From the NCBI GenBank assembly GCA_034439755.1, contig JAWXAZ010000010.1, positions 9,786 through 73,785 on the forward strand: a stretch of 64,000 bases of DNA, read 5' to 3'. Source of the stretch: a bacterium. GTDB taxonomy: Bacteria; Bacteroidota; Bacteroidia; UKL13-3. Below the pieces are notes generated by a model, which saw only the letters and a list, made by a program, of their open reading frames with translations, was not told the origin of the DNA and ran no database searches. This document shows positions 8,495 through 18,937 of the stretch, in pieces. The translations under genes and the position numbers were made by a program. Position 1 is the first letter of the stretch, and the number at the start of each line of letters is the position of its first letter.

Positions 8495-8875
8495 TATCTG
8501 CCTGCGGTTTTGGGATTTAGATTATTGGTCTCAATCTTCTGCGAAACGCAGCAACAAGCCATGTTTATCATGTTTTTCTTTATGATGATTTTTATGTTGG
8601 TGGGAGGCCTATTTACTTCATTTGAGAGCATGCCTCCTTGGGCGCAAATAGTATCTAGGTTCAACCCCGTTTCTTATCTTATTAAGGGAATGAGGATGGT
8701 GGTTTTAAAGAGCAGTACCTTGCCATATGTATTGCCGCAATTGGGTATCATTGCTATTTTTGGGGTGGTGCTAAATTCGCTTGCCGTTTGGAATTACCGC
8801 AAAACATCTTATTTTTTTTGGCATAATTTCATGCGCTCATGCAACTTAACCCATGTTGCAGCTATTATAGTGTAG
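8495..8875 (+). pseudogene. ABC-2 type transporter permease, C-terminal fragment
   Basis: Only the C-terminal part is present (ETQQQAMF, GGLFTSFESMPPWAQ, NPVSYLI, WNYRKTS); joined out of frame to the TolC remnant. Confidence 0.85.
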
Positions 8876-8903
8876 ATAGACCGTAAACAAGGATTTCCTT
8901 TAT

Positions 8904-9806
8904 TTAATGCTTGCTCCTTGGGTGAAATTGTATCACAACGTCTCTTAAATATTCTCTGTCTAAGTGGGTGTAAATTTCGGTAGTGGTGATGCTTTCGTGT
9001 CCAAGCATTTGTTGTACTGCCCTCAAATCTGCGCCTGCTTCCACCAAACTGGTGGCAAATGAATGTCGCAGCGTATGCGGACTAATATCTTTTTGTATGC
9101 CTGCCAAATGGGCTAAGTCTTTCAGAATATAAAAGATCATTTGTCGGCTTAATTTGCCCGCCCTTCGGTTCAGAAATAAGATATCGTTGTTGCCTGGTTT
9201 GGGTATTTGATGCACGCGCACCTCTTTCAAATATAAGTCGATAATATTTAGAGCAGAAAGGCTAATGGGTACCAATCTTTCCTTGTTCCCTTTACCTGTT
9301 ACTTTAATATATTGTTCTTCAAACGAAATATTGGAGATACGCAAATCGGTAGCTTCACTTACCCTTAGTCCGCAACTAAACATGGTTTCTACAATGGCTT
9401 TGTTGCGAACGCCCTCAGGTTTATTGAGGTCTATTTGCGCCACCATTTTATCTATTTCGTAAACTTCTAATACTTGTGGCAATTTCCTGCTTAAGCGCGG
9501 CGCTTCTAATAGCTCTGCCGGACTTTGTTTTATTTCATCCTCCATGAGCAGGTATTTAAAAAAGGCTTTTAGTCCAGATATGATGCGTGCTTGGCTATTT
9601 GCCTCCAAACCTAATTGGTTGAGATAGGCAATAAAGTCTCTGAGGTTTTTAAGTTTAACTTGTGTTGGGGCAAGCTGCAGCGATTCTATCTCCTGAAATT
9701 GAATGTACTTTTCTACATCGTGCAGGTAAGCAGAAATCGAGTTTTTGGAAAGCGATTTTTCTAATTGCAGATATAATTTGAACCCATTAAGATAAGCTTG
9801 CCACAT
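8904..9806 (-). CDS. xerD: Site-specific tyrosine recombinase XerD
   Basis: GLRVSE, GKGNKER, HTLRHSFAT, LGHESITTTEIY catalytic motifs and C-terminal FHPR. Confidence 0.93.
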   Translation of the reverse strand: MWQAYLNGFKLYLQLEKSLSKNSISAYLHDVEKYIQFQEIESLQLAPTQVKLKNLRDFIAYLNQLGLEANSQARIISGLKAFFKYLLMEDEIKQSPAELLEAPRLSRKLPQVLEVYEIDKMVAQIDLNKPEGVRNKAIVETMFSCGLRVSEATDLRISNISFEEQYIKVTGKGNKERLVPISLSALNIIDLYLKEVRVHQIPKPGNNDILFLNRRAGKLSRQMIFYILKDLAHLAGIQKDISPHTLRHSFATSLVEAGADLRAVQQMLGHESITTTEIYTHLDREYLRDVVIQFHPRSKH

Positions 9807-10067
9807 ATATTACTAATTGGATTATTATTTTAAATCATAACTTTCAAATAGATTACCTAGGAAATAGCAATTTAGGCTAGTTATACCAATTGTGCTAATT
9901 AAATAACCCAAAGTTATTTGATAATTTTACTAGGATAAATGCCGATATAACAAAATAATAGTACAAGGTGATATTTGTCGAATTTGGGCTATATATTTTA
10001 TGTTTTTGGTAGTAGCCTAGCTACTTTTTTAACTATGGCAGATATACTTTAGGTAAAGTACAAACAT

Positions 10068-10098
10068 AAAAAAAGACCGACTCAATGAGCCGGTCTTT
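10068..10098 (-). terminator. Intrinsic terminator after the Omp28-like gene
   Basis: Minus-strand stem AAAGACCGGCTC / GAGTCGGTCTTT followed by a U tract. Confidence 0.8.
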
Positions 10099-10118
10099 CC
10101 TTTTTTAATAAAATAAGT

Positions 10119-10943
10119 TTAGTTAAGGTGAATATTAGCAGAGTTGCTAATAGTTAAATCATTAGCTCCTTTTTTCCAAATAACAACTACAACTGAAAGA
10201 TTTTCTTTCACAAATGTTGGTTGAATAAAGAAAGTAACTGTTTTTTGGAAAGTTTCGTCCTTTTTAGGAGCAGCTTTAATTAACTCGCCAGTAGCAGCAG
10301 TTCCAAATTTAGCACGCATTACATTGTAATGAATGTTTTTTTCTACGCTGTTATCGCTCACTTGAGCATAATTCAATTTGTCTTCTAACAAATAACCAGA
10401 AATATAATACTCATCTGTTAAATCTTGGAAGAATTTACCATCAATAGTTACGTTTACTAATCCGTCTGCAGTAGTAGATGCTTTTAGTACGCAATTTACT
10501 TTAGCAATTTTTGCAGATTGAGTATTTATATGACCAATTGCAGTTGTACCAGTAGCTGTGCTACCACCAATCATAGCAGTTATAACATCATCGTTTGAAC
10601 CAATATACATTGCAGGAACTCCAGATGGTTTAAACATTCCGTTTAATTCATTACCAGCAGCACATGCCATAGGATCATTTCCTACTTGGCAAGAAATAAT
10701 TGAACATTTTTCTTTTACAGAAGCCTTAATTTGCTCTTTTGCTGGTTTGCCATAAGCGCCACATGGAGGGCACCATGTTCCACCAAAATAAACGACGGTT
10801 GCTTTTTGTGTTTGTGGAATTGTAACGCCACCGTTGTTGTTGTTGTTTGTGTCTTCCTTTTTAGTCTCTTCCTTTTTACAGCTTACCACTGTTAAAGAAA
10901 GACCTATTAAAATTGCCAATGAACTTTTGAATAAATTTTTCAT
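10119..10943 (-). CDS. Omp28-related outer-membrane lipoprotein with thioredoxin fold
   Basis: Start MKNLFKSS; lipobox VVSC followed by KKEE; WCPPC motif; C-terminal YLLED...HYNVMR Omp28-like region. Confidence 0.8.
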   Translation of the reverse strand: MKNLFKSSLAILIGLSLTVVSCKKEETKKEDTNNNNNGGVTIPQTQKATVVYFGGTWCPPCGAYGKPAKEQIKASVKEKCSIISCQVGNDPMACAAGNELNGMFKPSGVPAMYIGSNDDVITAMIGGSTATGTTAIGHINTQSAKIAKVNCVLKASTTADGLVNVTIDGKFFQDLTDEYYISGYLLEDKLNYAQVSDNSVEKNIHYNVMRAKFGTAATGELIKAAPKKDETFQKTVTFFIQPTFVKENLSVVVVIWKKGANDLTISNSANIHLN

Positions 10944-11038
10944 TTTTGTTTGTTTTGTGTGTTTAGAAAACAAATATTGTCTAAATATTTAGAAAATAAA
11001 AGTATTTTTTTAAGAAATTATTGCAAAATTTGCAACAA

Positions 11039-11890
11039 TTAGGAAACTCTTAAGCTTAAATCTATGCTTTTGGAGGAATGTGTAAGCGCCCCAACCGAAA
11101 TAAAATCTACCTCACAGGCCGCATACAATTCAATATTATCAATGGTAATGCCGCCACTGGCCTCCGTCTCAAATCGCTTACCTATTAATTCCACTGCCTC
11201 TTTTAACAACTCCGGCTTAAAGTTGTCTAACATAATTCTATTTACCCCACCTACTTCCAAAACTTGCCTTACTTCTTCCAAATTTCTGGTTTCAATCTCA
11301 ATAGGTAAGTTCAGACCTTTAAATAAAAGATATTGTTTTGTCTTGTCAATGGCCTGTTTAATGCCACCCGCAAAGTCAATGTGGTTGTCTTTTATCATAA
11401 TCATGTCGTACAAACCAATGCGGTGATTTTTACAACCACCTAATTTTACAGCCCATTTTTCTAACAAACGCATACCTGGGGTGGTTTTGCGCGTATCTAA
11501 AATAGTGGTATGATAATCTTTAAGCAAATCAGAAATTTTCTTGCTCTGCGTGGCAATACCGCTTAATCGCTGCATAAAATTTAACACCAAGCGCTCGGCT
11601 GTTAATATGCTTATGTCTGAACCAATAATTTCAAAAATATGGTCTCCTTTAACAATGGCATCACCATCTTTTTTTAAAGGATTATAGATCAGCCCTGAAT
11701 CGATTCTTTTAAAAATATAGGCCGCTAATTCAATACCAGCAATTATACCGTCTTCTTTTGCTATGCAATAAGCTTTGCCCATTTTATCGGCAGGAATACA
11801 AGCCAATGAGCTATGATCTCCGCTGCCTACATCTTCTTTTATGGCAATTTCTATGAGTTCTTTTATGCCGGGATGTTGAAGTAATTCCAT
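11039..11890 (-). CDS. nadC: Nicotinate-nucleotide pyrophosphorylase (carboxylating)
   Basis: DTRKTTPGMR, HRIGLYD, KDNH, MLDNF and EASGG motifs. Confidence 0.97.
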   Translation of the reverse strand: MELLQHPGIKELIEIAIKEDVGSGDHSSLACIPADKMGKAYCIAKEDGIIAGIELAAYIFKRIDSGLIYNPLKKDGDAIVKGDHIFEIIGSDISILTAERLVLNFMQRLSGIATQSKKISDLLKDYHTTILDTRKTTPGMRLLEKWAVKLGGCKNHRIGLYDMIMIKDNHIDFAGGIKQAIDKTKQYLLFKGLNLPIEIETRNLEEVRQVLEVGGVNRIMLDNFKPELLKEAVELIGKRFETEASGGITIDNIELYAACEVDFISVGALTHSSKSIDLSLRVS

Positions 11891-11892
11891 CG

Positions 11893-13419
11893 TTATTGTG
11901 TTATGTTAATTTCAATTGTATGACTCTTCATAAACTCAATGGTATTTTGAATGTCATCATATAAATATCGGTCGTTTTCTAAGCGAGGTACTAGGCTTCT
12001 GTATTTGCTTAATTCTTCTTCTACTAAAATAGCACTTTTTAGGGGTCTTCTAAATTCAATTGCCTGCGCTGCATTCATATATTCTATAGCCAAAATAGTT
12101 TCCAAATTTTTGCAAATCTTTAACAGTTTTGTGGCGGCATTGGCGCCCATACTCACATGGTCTTCTTGCCCATTGCTACTAACAATGCTGTCTACACTGG
12201 CTGGCGTGCACAATTGCTTGTTCTGACTAACAATGCTAGCTGCCGTGTATTGCGGAATCATAAACCCAGAATTTAAGCCAGGTGTGGTAATTAAAAATGG
12301 CGGCAAATGTCTTAAACCAGATACTAATTGAAAGGTCCTTCTCTCAGAAATATTGCCAAGTTCTGCCAAAGCAATTGCCCAAAAATCAAAGGCCAAAGCC
12401 AAAGGTTGACCATGGAAATTACCGCCCGAAATAATGGTATCCAAATCTGGAAAAATGTTTGGATTATCGGTAACCGAATTCATCTCGGTTAAAACCACTT
12501 TTTCAAAATAAGCAAACGCATCAAAACTGGCTCCATGAACCTGCGGTATGCACCTAAAAGAATAGGGGTCTTGAACCTGTTTCTTGGGCGCTTGTGTCAT
12601 CTCACTGTTGTGCAGAATTTCCATGATCGTTTTAGCCGTTTCTGTCTGACCCAAATGCGGACGCACTTGATGCAATGCCGCGTGAAAGGGCTCTATGCGT
12701 GCATCAAAGGCGTCTATGGATGTAGCTGCAATGAAATTTGCCCAGCCAAAAATTCTTTTCGATTGAAGCAAAACATACAAGCCATAAGCACACATAAATT
12801 GCGTGCCATTTATCAAGGCCAAGCCTTCTTTAGATTGCAATTTTATAGGCTGCCATCCCAGTTCGTTTAATACTAATTGCGACTCAGCCATCACAAATTC
12901 ATCGTCGTTTTCGTCTGACTGAACCCAAACCATTCCTTCGCCAATTAAAGGCAAAGCTAAATGTGCTAAAGGCGCTAAATCTCCGCTGGCACCAAGCGAA
13001 CCTTGATCGTAAATTACTGGGTAAATATCATTGTTAAAGAATTCTATTAAGCGGTCAACAGTTGCCAAACTAACCCCACTATTTCCATAGGAAAGGGATT
13101 GTATTTTGAGCAACAACATAATTTTGATGATGTCTAAATCAACCATCTCCCCCGCGCCACAAGCGTGCGAGCGAAGCAGGTTTTCCTGCAAAGTTTGCAA
13201 GTCGTTATTAGATATTACTGTATCGCAAAGAGATCCAAATCCTGTGTTCACACCATAGATTGGATCACCTCCTTTGGCCATTTTTTCGTCTAGGTAATTT
13301 CTACACGATTCAATAAGTGATTTTGATTCGGCAGAAAGCTTAATTCTTTTTTTATTGTAAAGAATGTCTTGAACATCTGCAATGCTCAATTCGCCTTTTA
13401 TTTCGTATAGCTTATTCAT
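11893..13419 (-). CDS. hutH: Histidine ammonia-lyase
   Basis: YGVNTGFG, MIO-forming GASGDL, QDPYSFRCIPQVHGA and GGNFHGQP; likely start at 13419 overlapping the hisS end. Confidence 0.96.
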   Translation of the reverse strand: MNKLYEIKGELSIADVQDILYNKKRIKLSAESKSLIESCRNYLDEKMAKGGDPIYGVNTGFGSLCDTVISNNDLQTLQENLLRSHACGAGEMVDLDIIKIMLLLKIQSLSYGNSGVSLATVDRLIEFFNNDIYPVIYDQGSLGASGDLAPLAHLALPLIGEGMVWVQSDENDDEFVMAESQLVLNELGWQPIKLQSKEGLALINGTQFMCAYGLYVLLQSKRIFGWANFIAATSIDAFDARIEPFHAALHQVRPHLGQTETAKTIMEILHNSEMTQAPKKQVQDPYSFRCIPQVHGASFDAFAYFEKVVLTEMNSVTDNPNIFPDLDTIISGGNFHGQPLALAFDFWAIALAELGNISERRTFQLVSGLRHLPPFLITTPGLNSGFMIPQYTAASIVSQNKQLCTPASVDSIVSSNGQEDHVSMGANAATKLLKICKNLETILAIEYMNAAQAIEFRRPLKSAILVEEELSKYRSLVPRLENDRYLYDDIQNTIEFMKSHTIEINITQ

Positions 13420-14845
13420 GGTTGAGTAGTTGTATAATTTCTGCAATGCTTAATTCACTTTGTTCACCACTTTGCAAGTTCTTAATCACATATTTTTCTT
13501 TTTCCAATTCGTCTGATCCAACAATGCAGGCATAATCAATTGTTAGTTTATTGGCATACTCCAATTGCTTGCCAATTTTCTTGGTAATATCTGGATAAGC
13601 TTCTGCCGCAATTTGATGGTTTCTTAGCTGGGCACACAAGGATATTGCACGTGCTTGCGTAACTTCATCAAAATAGCAAAATAGAATTTTCGTTTCGTTG
13701 GCTTTAAGGTTGCTTGGAAACAATTGCAATTCTTCCATTACGTCATACATGCGGTCGAGGCCAAAAGAAATACCCACACCCGATATGCCTGGAAGTCCAA
13801 ATATTCCCGTAAGGTTATCATATCTACCCCCGCCACCAATGCTCGATTTAAGGCTTCCCCTTAATGCTTGTACTTCTACAATGGCACCTGTATAGTAGCT
13901 TAAACCTCTTGCGAGGGTTACATCTATTTTAATTGAATTGTGAGGGGTTAAAATGCTTAAATAGTTAAAGACTTCTTTTAACTCGGTGCAACCTAATTTG
14001 CCTTCGTCTAAATGACCTAACATCAACTCCAATTCTTGCAAGGGATTCTCTGCATCAACCAAGGATAAAAATTGAAGAATTTGCTCCACTTGCGGTTGGT
14101 TCAGACCGATATTTTCTAGTGCTGTTTTTACACCGCTTGTGCCAATTTTATCTAACTTGTCTATGGCAACGGTAATGCCCACAAATTTGTTGGCCGCAGC
14201 AATATGAGTGGCTAGGGCACTCAATAATTTTCTGTTGTTAATTTTAATTACAACTGGTATTTGAAGCGCGGTAAATACTTCGTCGTACATTTTTAAAAGT
14301 TCTGCTTCATTAAGCAAACCATTGCTGCCAATTACATCTGCATCGCATTGCCAAAACTCTCGGTAGCGACCTTTTTGCGGCTTGTCTGCGCGCCATACCG
14401 GTTGCATTTGGTAACGCTTAAACGGCAAGGTAATGTCGTTCCTATTCATTACAACATACCTAGCAAAGGGAACAGTTAAGTCGTAACGCAGGCCTTTTTC
14501 TGCAATGAAGGGCAAAGAGATTTTTGAATCTAATTGTGAGATGGTATTGTTAAAAGAGGGAAGATAGGTTTTATCAATTTCTTCGTGGCCTATGCCTTTT
14601 TCTTGATGTTCAATGAGCTTCTTAAGGTAATCGCCCGAGTTCAAAATCTTGAAAAGCAATTGATCTCCCTCATCGCCATACTTGCCTGTAAGCGTTGATA
14701 ATTGCTCCATGGAGGGCGTTTCAAGGGGCATAAATCCATATTTTTTAAAAACAGATTCGATTGTTTGCAGCAGGTATTTTCTGCGTTGCACCGTAAGCGG
14801 ACCAAAATCGCGGGTGCCTTGTGGGAGACTAGGTTTTTGAGCCAT
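13412..14845 (-). CDS. hisS: Histidine--tRNA ligase
   Basis: GTRDF, LRYDLTVP, GRYREFWQCDAD, RGLSYYTG and GGGRYD motifs. Confidence 0.97.
   Translation of the reverse strand: MAQKPSLPQGTRDFGPLTVQRRKYLLQTIESVFKKYGFMPLETPSMEQLSTLTGKYGDEGDQLLFKILNSGDYLKKLIEHQEKGIGHEEIDKTYLPSFNNTISQLDSKISLPFIAEKGLRYDLTVPFARYVVMNRNDITLPFKRYQMQPVWRADKPQKGRYREFWQCDADVIGSNGLLNEAELLKMYDEVFTALQIPVVIKINNRKLLSALATHIAAANKFVGITVAIDKLDKIGTSGVKTALENIGLNQPQVEQILQFLSLVDAENPLQELELMLGHLDEGKLGCTELKEVFNYLSILTPHNSIKIDVTLARGLSYYTGAIVEVQALRGSLKSSIGGGGRYDNLTGIFGLPGISGVGISFGLDRMYDVMEELQLFPSNLKANETKILFCYFDEVTQARAISLCAQLRNHQIAAEAYPDITKKIGKQLEYANKLTIDYACIVGSDELEKEKYVIKNLQSGEQSELSIAEIIQLLNHE
14096..14109 (+). repeat. Dispersed motif TTGGTTCARACCGA, exact copy (inside hisS, antisense)
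   Basis: ttggttcagaccga; reads IGLNQ in HisS. Confidence 0.75.
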
Positions 14846-14881
14846 AATTGGCTGCGAATATACGCATTGAAAAGATAGAAA

Positions 14882-15367
14882 TCAGCGAATTCTATCTGCA
14901 CTTCGTACTAATTCTTCATCTTTTTTGATAAGCAGGTAGACACGAATATTTAGGTAAACGATAAAGAGAAAAATGGCAATGCCAAAAATGGAAGAAAGCA
15001 TCATTTTTTCTGATTTAAAATCTGGAATAAATAGGTATGCTTTTACAATAAAGGCAACAATTAAACTTATGATGGCCAATAGGTTAATTTGGGTAAAACT
15101 CATTTGCCTCAGTCTGTTTTTATAATTCATCAACACATAAGTGCTTAATCCTATAACGAGCGAGGCAATTAGGATTAAACCGATTTGTAAATTGCTTTCT
15201 ATTAAAACACCATTTTGAAGTTTATTGAAATAGAATAAATTCAATACATATTCTGTGGTGTTAGCCTCTGGCTCTACATAAACCAAGTGCAAAATGCTAA
15301 TGCCACAAAGGGTTGCTACCAATAAAATGATGAGCAATAAAAATACGGATTGAATGCGTTGTATCAT
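14882..15367 (-). CDS. DUF4293 family membrane protein
   Basis: MIQRIQSVFLL start and IKKDEELVRSADRIR end; four TM segments. Confidence 0.9.
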   Translation of the reverse strand: MIQRIQSVFLLLIILLVATLCGISILHLVYVEPEANTTEYVLNLFYFNKLQNGVLIESNLQIGLILIASLVIGLSTYVLMNYKNRLRQMSFTQINLLAIISLIVAFIVKAYLFIPDFKSEKMMLSSIFGIAIFLFIVYLNIRVYLLIKKDEELVRSADRIR

Positions 15368-15447
15368 GGTGCAAAGGAATTTTAATTTGTTCAATATTCA
15401 AAGAAATAAACCATGTTGGCCAAACAAATTGTTGTAGCCTTTTTCCT

Positions 15448-16122
15448 TTACAATTTCTTTTTCAACTTCTCTGTGTGTAATTCCTGCCCTTTTTGTAACG
15501 CATTTAAATTAGCTTTGGCATAGGGCAGTTCTCCAATTTTTTCGGCCTTATAATAGGTTTCTAGGCCATGAACCAAGATGGTGTGGGCCTTGCTCAAATT
15601 AATAGCCCCTGTTTCTGAAAGAAAACTTGGATCAAGCAATATTTCTTGAATCTTTCCCACAATAAACAAGGTATTATTGGCTTTAATTGTAATTACTTCC
15701 TCTAAACTTAAGCCAATTTTGATGGGACTTTCTGCCGCATAAGGTGCCTTTATCATTTCCGAAAATTGAGGCGTAAATCCACACAATTCAAACTCACTTT
15801 GGTTCCTTGCAAATCGCGCCGAAGTTTGATGTGCATTTCTATAATATTCTAAGGGCACATGGTTAATGGTAAAATAACCCGTTTCCAATATGTTTTCATA
15901 TGTATGTCGCTCCACACTGGCAGGCCTTTGTATAAATCCCATCAAAGCTGGGTTAGCGCCTACATGAACTACCGAAGAAAAGATGGCTAAGTTTTGCTGG
16001 CCATTCTTGTTTTGTGTACCAACCAAGTGTGCAGATTTATAGCCAGAAAGGCCATTTACCAAATTGGTGCGGTCTTGCTTTTCAAAGCCTTCTAAATCTT
16101 TTGCACTAATCTTAATCTCCAT
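15448..16122 (-). CDS. Flavin reductase family protein (DIM6/NTAB-like)
   Basis: NLAIFSSVVHVGANPAL, HTYENI, FTINHV and SEFELCG motifs. Confidence 0.85.
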   Translation of the reverse strand: MEIKISAKDLEGFEKQDRTNLVNGLSGYKSAHLVGTQNKNGQQNLAIFSSVVHVGANPALMGFIQRPASVERHTYENILETGYFTINHVPLEYYRNAHQTSARFARNQSEFELCGFTPQFSEMIKAPYAAESPIKIGLSLEEVITIKANNTLFIVGKIQEILLDPSFLSETGAINLSKAHTILVHGLETYYKAEKIGELPYAKANLNALQKGQELHTEKLKKKL

Positions 16123-16129
16123 GTTATGA

Positions 16130-16816
16130 TCATAGTTTTTTCATGCCACCATCTACTGGTAAAATATGTCCACTCACCCAAGTGGCATCCAACAAATAGC
16201 AAATGGCATCCACCATATCTTTCACTTCGCCAATTCGCTTTAATGGATGTCGCTCTGCTGCCCCTTGTAATTTTGTTTCCGAATTTAGTAATTTTTCTGA
16301 TAAAGGCGTTTGTGTTAAAGATGGAGCTATGGCATTTACCCTAATTTTTGGGGCAAACTCAGCTGCCAAAGCTACTGTTAAGCCTTCAATGGCTCCCTTA
16401 GCCCCAGCAATACTCGCATGAAAGGGCATTCCTTTTTGAACTGCCACAGTGCTAAATAATACAATGCTTGGCGTTATGCCTTGTTGTAAATTGGGTAAAT
16501 ATTTTTGGATCGACCTAACTGCTCCTAAATAATTTACCTGAATATCTGCTAAGAAATCGGCTGGTTTTAATCCCCTAAAAGGTTTTAATAGAATGGTACC
16601 CGGACAATAAATTAAACCATCAATGGGCTCAATTATCTCAGGAAAATTTGGCGTTTCCTCGCTTATATCGCATGCATGCCATGATAAAAATTCGGTCTCA
16701 ACCAATTCCTTGCTGCTTCTGCTTAGTACAGTAACTTTATTGTTTAAAGAAATTAAATGGTCGCAAAGGGACTTTCCTATGCCGCTGCTTCCGCCGATGA
16801 TTAAATAATGCTTCAT
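16130..16816 (-). CDS. SDR family oxidoreductase
   Basis: GGSSGIG Rossmann motif, RVNAIAP and VDGG; the catalytic YxxxK appears as IAGAK. Confidence 0.92.
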   Translation of the reverse strand: MKHYLIIGGSSGIGKSLCDHLISLNNKVTVLSRSSKELVETEFLSWHACDISEETPNFPEIIEPIDGLIYCPGTILLKPFRGLKPADFLADIQVNYLGAVRSIQKYLPNLQQGITPSIVLFSTVAVQKGMPFHASIAGAKGAIEGLTVALAAEFAPKIRVNAIAPSLTQTPLSEKLLNSETKLQGAAERHPLKRIGEVKDMVDAICYLLDATWVSGHILPVDGGMKKL

Positions 16817-16850
16817 GTAAATTAAACACGCAAATGAACCTTTTGTTTCC

Positions 16851-17855
16851 TTATTTCTTTTTAAGCGATAAAATACTAAAATCAGTATCTACGCGTCTAA
16901 TGGTATTGCTCAAATGTCCCAATCCTTCAATGGCCATTTCAACCACATCGCCATCCTGCAGCCATTGTGGTTTAAAGGTAGAATCATTTAATAAACCTGT
17001 ACCATTCAATTCTAGGAAACAACCCGTGCCCACCGTGCCTGAGCCAATTACATCGCCAGGTAAAATATCCACGCCATAAGCACAGCGCTCCAAAATTTCT
17101 GCAAAGGTCCAATCCATATCGCCCACACTTCCTTCACTCACCAAAATGCCATTTACCCAGCATTTCATGTTTAGGTTATAGCTGTTGCCTACATGCCCTG
17201 GCTTAGCCTTAATCTTATAAGATTCCAATTCATCTGGTGTTACAAAATAGGGTCCAATTACCGTAGAAAAATCTTTGCCTTTTGCCGGACCAAGGTTCAA
17301 CAACATCTCTTCCATTTGCAAGGTACGCGCGCTTATATCATTCATAATCATATAGCCTGCGATATATGCATCTGCTTCCGATGCTTTGATGTTTCTGCCT
17401 TTTTTTCCAACTACGATGGCAGCCTCTAATTCAAAATCTAATTTGTTAAAATGATCGGGCATACAATCAATTTCTCCAGGACCTTGAATGGCGTTGTGGT
17501 TGGTGAAATAAAAAATTGGATATTGGTCAAATTCCTCAATCATAGGAACGCCTCTATTCCTTCTGGCAGCCGCAACATGTTGTCTAAAGGCATATCCATC
17601 TCTACAACTTGTAGGACTTGGTACTGGAGCCTCTAATTTAACTGATGCCTCCTCATGAGAGACCATTAAATTTGTATTCTCGGCAAGCTTGGCATCCCAA
17701 CTTTTGGCAGCAAGCATCATGTTTTCACCACCCTTTAAAAAGTCGGCCATGTTATTTGGTAAATTGGCATCCAATTGGTTCAAAGACCAAATTTTACCAC
17801 CTTGATAAATACCCAATTGGGTATTTTTATTTAAAGTATAAGTAACTAATTTCAT
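16851..17855 (-). CDS. Fumarylacetoacetate hydrolase family protein
   Basis: LDFELE, MNDISAR, KGKDF and GDVIGSGT motifs. Confidence 0.93.
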   Translation of the reverse strand: MKLVTYTLNKNTQLGIYQGGKIWSLNQLDANLPNNMADFLKGGENMMLAAKSWDAKLAENTNLMVSHEEASVKLEAPVPSPTSCRDGYAFRQHVAAARRNRGVPMIEEFDQYPIFYFTNHNAIQGPGEIDCMPDHFNKLDFELEAAIVVGKKGRNIKASEADAYIAGYMIMNDISARTLQMEEMLLNLGPAKGKDFSTVIGPYFVTPDELESYKIKAKPGHVGNSYNLNMKCWVNGILVSEGSVGDMDWTFAEILERCAYGVDILPGDVIGSGTVGTGCFLELNGTGLLNDSTFKPQWLQDGDVVEMAIEGLGHLSNTIRRVDTDFSILSLKKK

Positions 17856-17864
17856 GTAGGTAAA

Positions 17865-18254
17865 TTATAATTTAGGTAAATTAATTTTATCAGGCACGAT
17901 CAATAATTGCTCGTACGATTTCTGTAATTTGATATACATTTCTTGCGCCTCAATGAGGTTTCTAAAATCTCCAACTCTCAATTTAAAATAAGGCTGCTGG
18001 TAAATAAGATAAACTTCTACATTTGGAAATTCGACTTTAAATCTACCCCGCAAAGCATGGGCATTGTTGCGTTCAGAACCAGAGAAAAGTTGAATGCGAT
18101 AGCCGTCAATGGTTTGCTGACTTTTATTTATTTCAATATTTCGCTCTATCAACGAATCCAATTTTGGGTCAGAAATAACCTTAACCCTATTTTGAGCATA
18201 CAATTGAATAAAAGGAAACAAGGCAATAAAAAAAGCTAATCGCAACACAAACAT
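17865..18254 (-). CDS. SPOR domain-containing protein
   Basis: Signal peptide; GYRIQLFSG and PYFKLRVGDF. Confidence 0.88.
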   Translation of the reverse strand: MFVLRLAFFIALFPFIQLYAQNRVKVISDPKLDSLIERNIEINKSQQTIDGYRIQLFSGSERNNAHALRGRFKVEFPNVEVYLIYQQPYFKLRVGDFRNLIEAQEMYIKLQKSYEQLLIVPDKINLPKL

Positions 18255-18256
18255 AG

Positions 18257-18916
18257 TTAGTCCTCCATTTTGGTTTGAACCAATTCAACCCCAGCCGAAG
18301 TGCCAATTCTATTGGCCCCCGCAGCAACAAGCTCCTCGGCAAACTCTTTTGTTCTGATGCCGCCGGCAGCTTTAATTTGGATTTTAGCCGGTAAGTTTTT
18401 TCTAATCAATTTTACAGCTTCTACTGTTGCTCCCTCAGGGCCATATCCGGTTGAAGTCTTTACAAAATCTGCCTCACAATCAGCACAAATTTTGCAAATT
18501 ATCTTAATTTCATCCTCACTTAAATAACAGGTTTCAATAATTACCTTGGCCAATTTATTTTGCAAATGACAGGCTGTAATCACAGACTGCATGTCGTTCT
18601 GAACCGATGCAATATCGCCACTTTTAAATGCAGCTATATTAATTACCATATCAATTTCATGTGCACCACTCGTAATGGCTTTTTTGGTTTCCTCAACCTT
18701 GCTCGAAACGGTATTATAACCAAAAGGAAATCCAACCACGGTGATGATTTTAACCTCACTTTTCTTAATGGTTTTCTTGGCCAATTGAACATAATAAGGA
18801 GGCACACAAACGCCGTATAAATTATTTTCTACTGCCTCATTGCATAGTTTAATGATATCATCGGCCACGGCAGTGGGCTTTAAATTTGTATGTTCAATGT
18901 GATTTGCTAAGCTCAT
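18257..18916 (-). CDS. deoC: Deoxyribose-phosphate aldolase
   Basis: VVGFPFG, EIDMVIN, KVIIET, FVKTSTG and KAAGGIR motifs. Confidence 0.97.
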   Translation of the reverse strand: MSLANHIEHTNLKPTAVADDIIKLCNEAVENNLYGVCVPPYYVQLAKKTIKKSEVKIITVVGFPFGYNTVSSKVEETKKAITSGAHEIDMVINIAAFKSGDIASVQNDMQSVITACHLQNKLAKVIIETCYLSEDEIKIICKICADCEADFVKTSTGYGPEGATVEAVKLIRKNLPAKIQIKAAGGIRTKEFAEELVAAGANRIGTSAGVELVQTKMED

Positions 18917-18937
18917 GATTCAATTGTGTTTTTCTAA

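Noticed and set aside
8904-9806. Tyrosine recombinase as an integrase or integron integrase
   Set aside because: Length (300 aa) and motifs fit housekeeping XerD; no IntI-type insertion is evident and no phage or ICE genes are adjacent.
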